Shown here one piece after another: positions 62,669-64,000 of a stretch of DNA of 64,000 nucleotides. The stretch is taken from assembly GCA_047967505.1 (NCBI GenBank), contig CM106538.1; one strand, 5' to 3'. How positions within the stretch are numbered: position 1 is the first letter of the stretch; each line of letters begins with the position of its first letter. The notes beneath the pieces are model-generated. The model was not told the origin of the DNA. It saw nothing but the letters and a program-made list of their open reading frames with translations, and did not search any database. This DNA comes from Dipteris shenzhenensis. Lineage: Eukaryota. Position numbers and translations under genes: made by a program.

Positions 62669-64000
62669 TGACAAAATATGAAGAGGGGAGAGGAGAAGAG
62701 TGGAGATGAGGAGAGAGGGCACAGCTAGAGAGCACACCACAAATGACTAACTGTACACTAGAATTAGTTGAAAAAATAGAATATATACAAACCCTTTTAG
62801 GGTTAGGGTTAGGGGATCTAACCCTTTCCTTTATAGCACTCTATAAGGTTAGTGCTATGCACATATGATCACGTGATGGTGCTATGCACACATGATCACA
62901 TGATGTTGAGCGTGTAGACCCAACAATATCTGCTGTAGTCATCGATGAAGGTCAAGTAATAAAGTGAACCATTGATGCTGCGGGTCTGGGCATAACCCCA
63001 TACATCTGTATGAATCAAATCAAGAATACCTCATGCACGAGAGGTACTTCTGACAAAGTTGGTTCGCTTTTGTTTGCCGAAGCAGCATGCTTCACAAACC
63101 TTTCCAAGAAACTGTAGCTTCGGAATCCCAATTGCCATATTTTGATTCCGGAGATCTAACAAGTACTTGAAGTTGACATGACCATATCTCTAAGCCATTT
63201 TGCGGATAGTGGCATCTGTTGCATTTGAGCTGACATGGCATGCTTATCTGGTACTGTAGCTAGCATCCTGTATAAGCGTCCTTCCTTGACACCTTTTGCT
63301 ACTAGCTGACCTCTTTTGGATTTGTCTCTGATAGTGCATTCATCACCATCGAAGATGACTTTGTAGTTGTGTTCCGTCATTTGACCTACTGATAAAAGGT
63401 TCTTGCTGAGCTTCGGAACATAGAGCACATCTTTGACTAATCCTTTTGTACCAGTGAAATTGTTCATAGGGATAACCCCTGTGCCTTGAACTGGATTCGG
63501 TGTATTGTCTGCTGTGTAGATGACATTCTTTTGACCTTCTAATGGCTTCATTTCTGTGAACCATTCCTGATGATTTGTCATATGAGATGATGCATCGCTG
63601 TCGATGTACCAAGGATCCTGTTCCACTTGGTCGACTTGATAGCTGAAATCCTCTTTGGGATTGAAATCAGTGTGCATTGTATCAGTCTGATGCAATTCCT
63701 CACTTGCAAGAAACATATTGCCATGTTCATTTGCAAAATGACTGTGACTAGAATGTCCACCACGATGATTTCCTCTTCCTCGGGAATTCCCTCGATTACT
63801 GCTGGATTGACCGCCTTGGTCATACTGCTTCTTGCGGCAATCTCTTTCATAGTGTCCAAACTTGTGACAATAGTTGCATTGAATGTTTGACACATTAGTG
63901 GATGCATTCCCTCGTCCTTGGAATCTTCCTCGGTTGGAATGATTTCCTCTTTGTTGCTGATTCTGATGTTGCTGAGGATGATGCTGATGCTGATGCTGAT
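62669..64000 (-). mobile_element. Internally deleted copia (copy F): gag knuckle, protease and start of integrase joined to an LTR-like segment; runs off the right edge
   Basis: CNYCHKFGHYERDC, WYIDSDASSHMT, VLYVPKLSKNLLSVGQ, CEACCFGKQ, LIHTDVWG..FIDDYSR, ending at ~62905. The segment 62669-62903 starts with TG where the gypsy integrase is cut. Confidence 0.85.

Noticed and set aside
62795-62814. Telomere-like TTAGGG repeats (also 12832-12853)
   Set aside because: Only ~3 units inside TE sequence, so they are telo-box-like motifs and not an interstitial telomere array.

Overview
This is eukaryotic land-plant nuclear DNA, probably from a large TE-rich genome such as a fern (inference). Most of the window is nested transposons. 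One intact, very young Ty1/copia element lies at 52447-57891: 298-bp LTRs differing at 1 site, GGGAT target-site duplication, and a 1451-aa gag-pol. Three older or rearranged members of the same family are also present, along with other copia and gypsy relics, a hAT transposase pseudogene and two foldback/MULE-like elements. A small CpG-retaining island at ~38.2-42 kb holds a complete 7-exon acireductone dioxygenase (ARD) gene on the minus strand. Convergent with it is an apparent terminal coding exon (38413-38652, +) that the ORF track misses; I found none of its upstream exons in the window, which suggests a TE-filled intron of more than 38 kb. The most unusual items are a degraded intron-containing ParB-like (WDGNHRL) gene, a gypsy-type relic with an extra coiled-coil + RING-H2 frame, and a copia copy with an inverted LTR pair and a precise in-frame gag-integrase deletion. 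All family calls come from motif recognition by eye; no database search was run.
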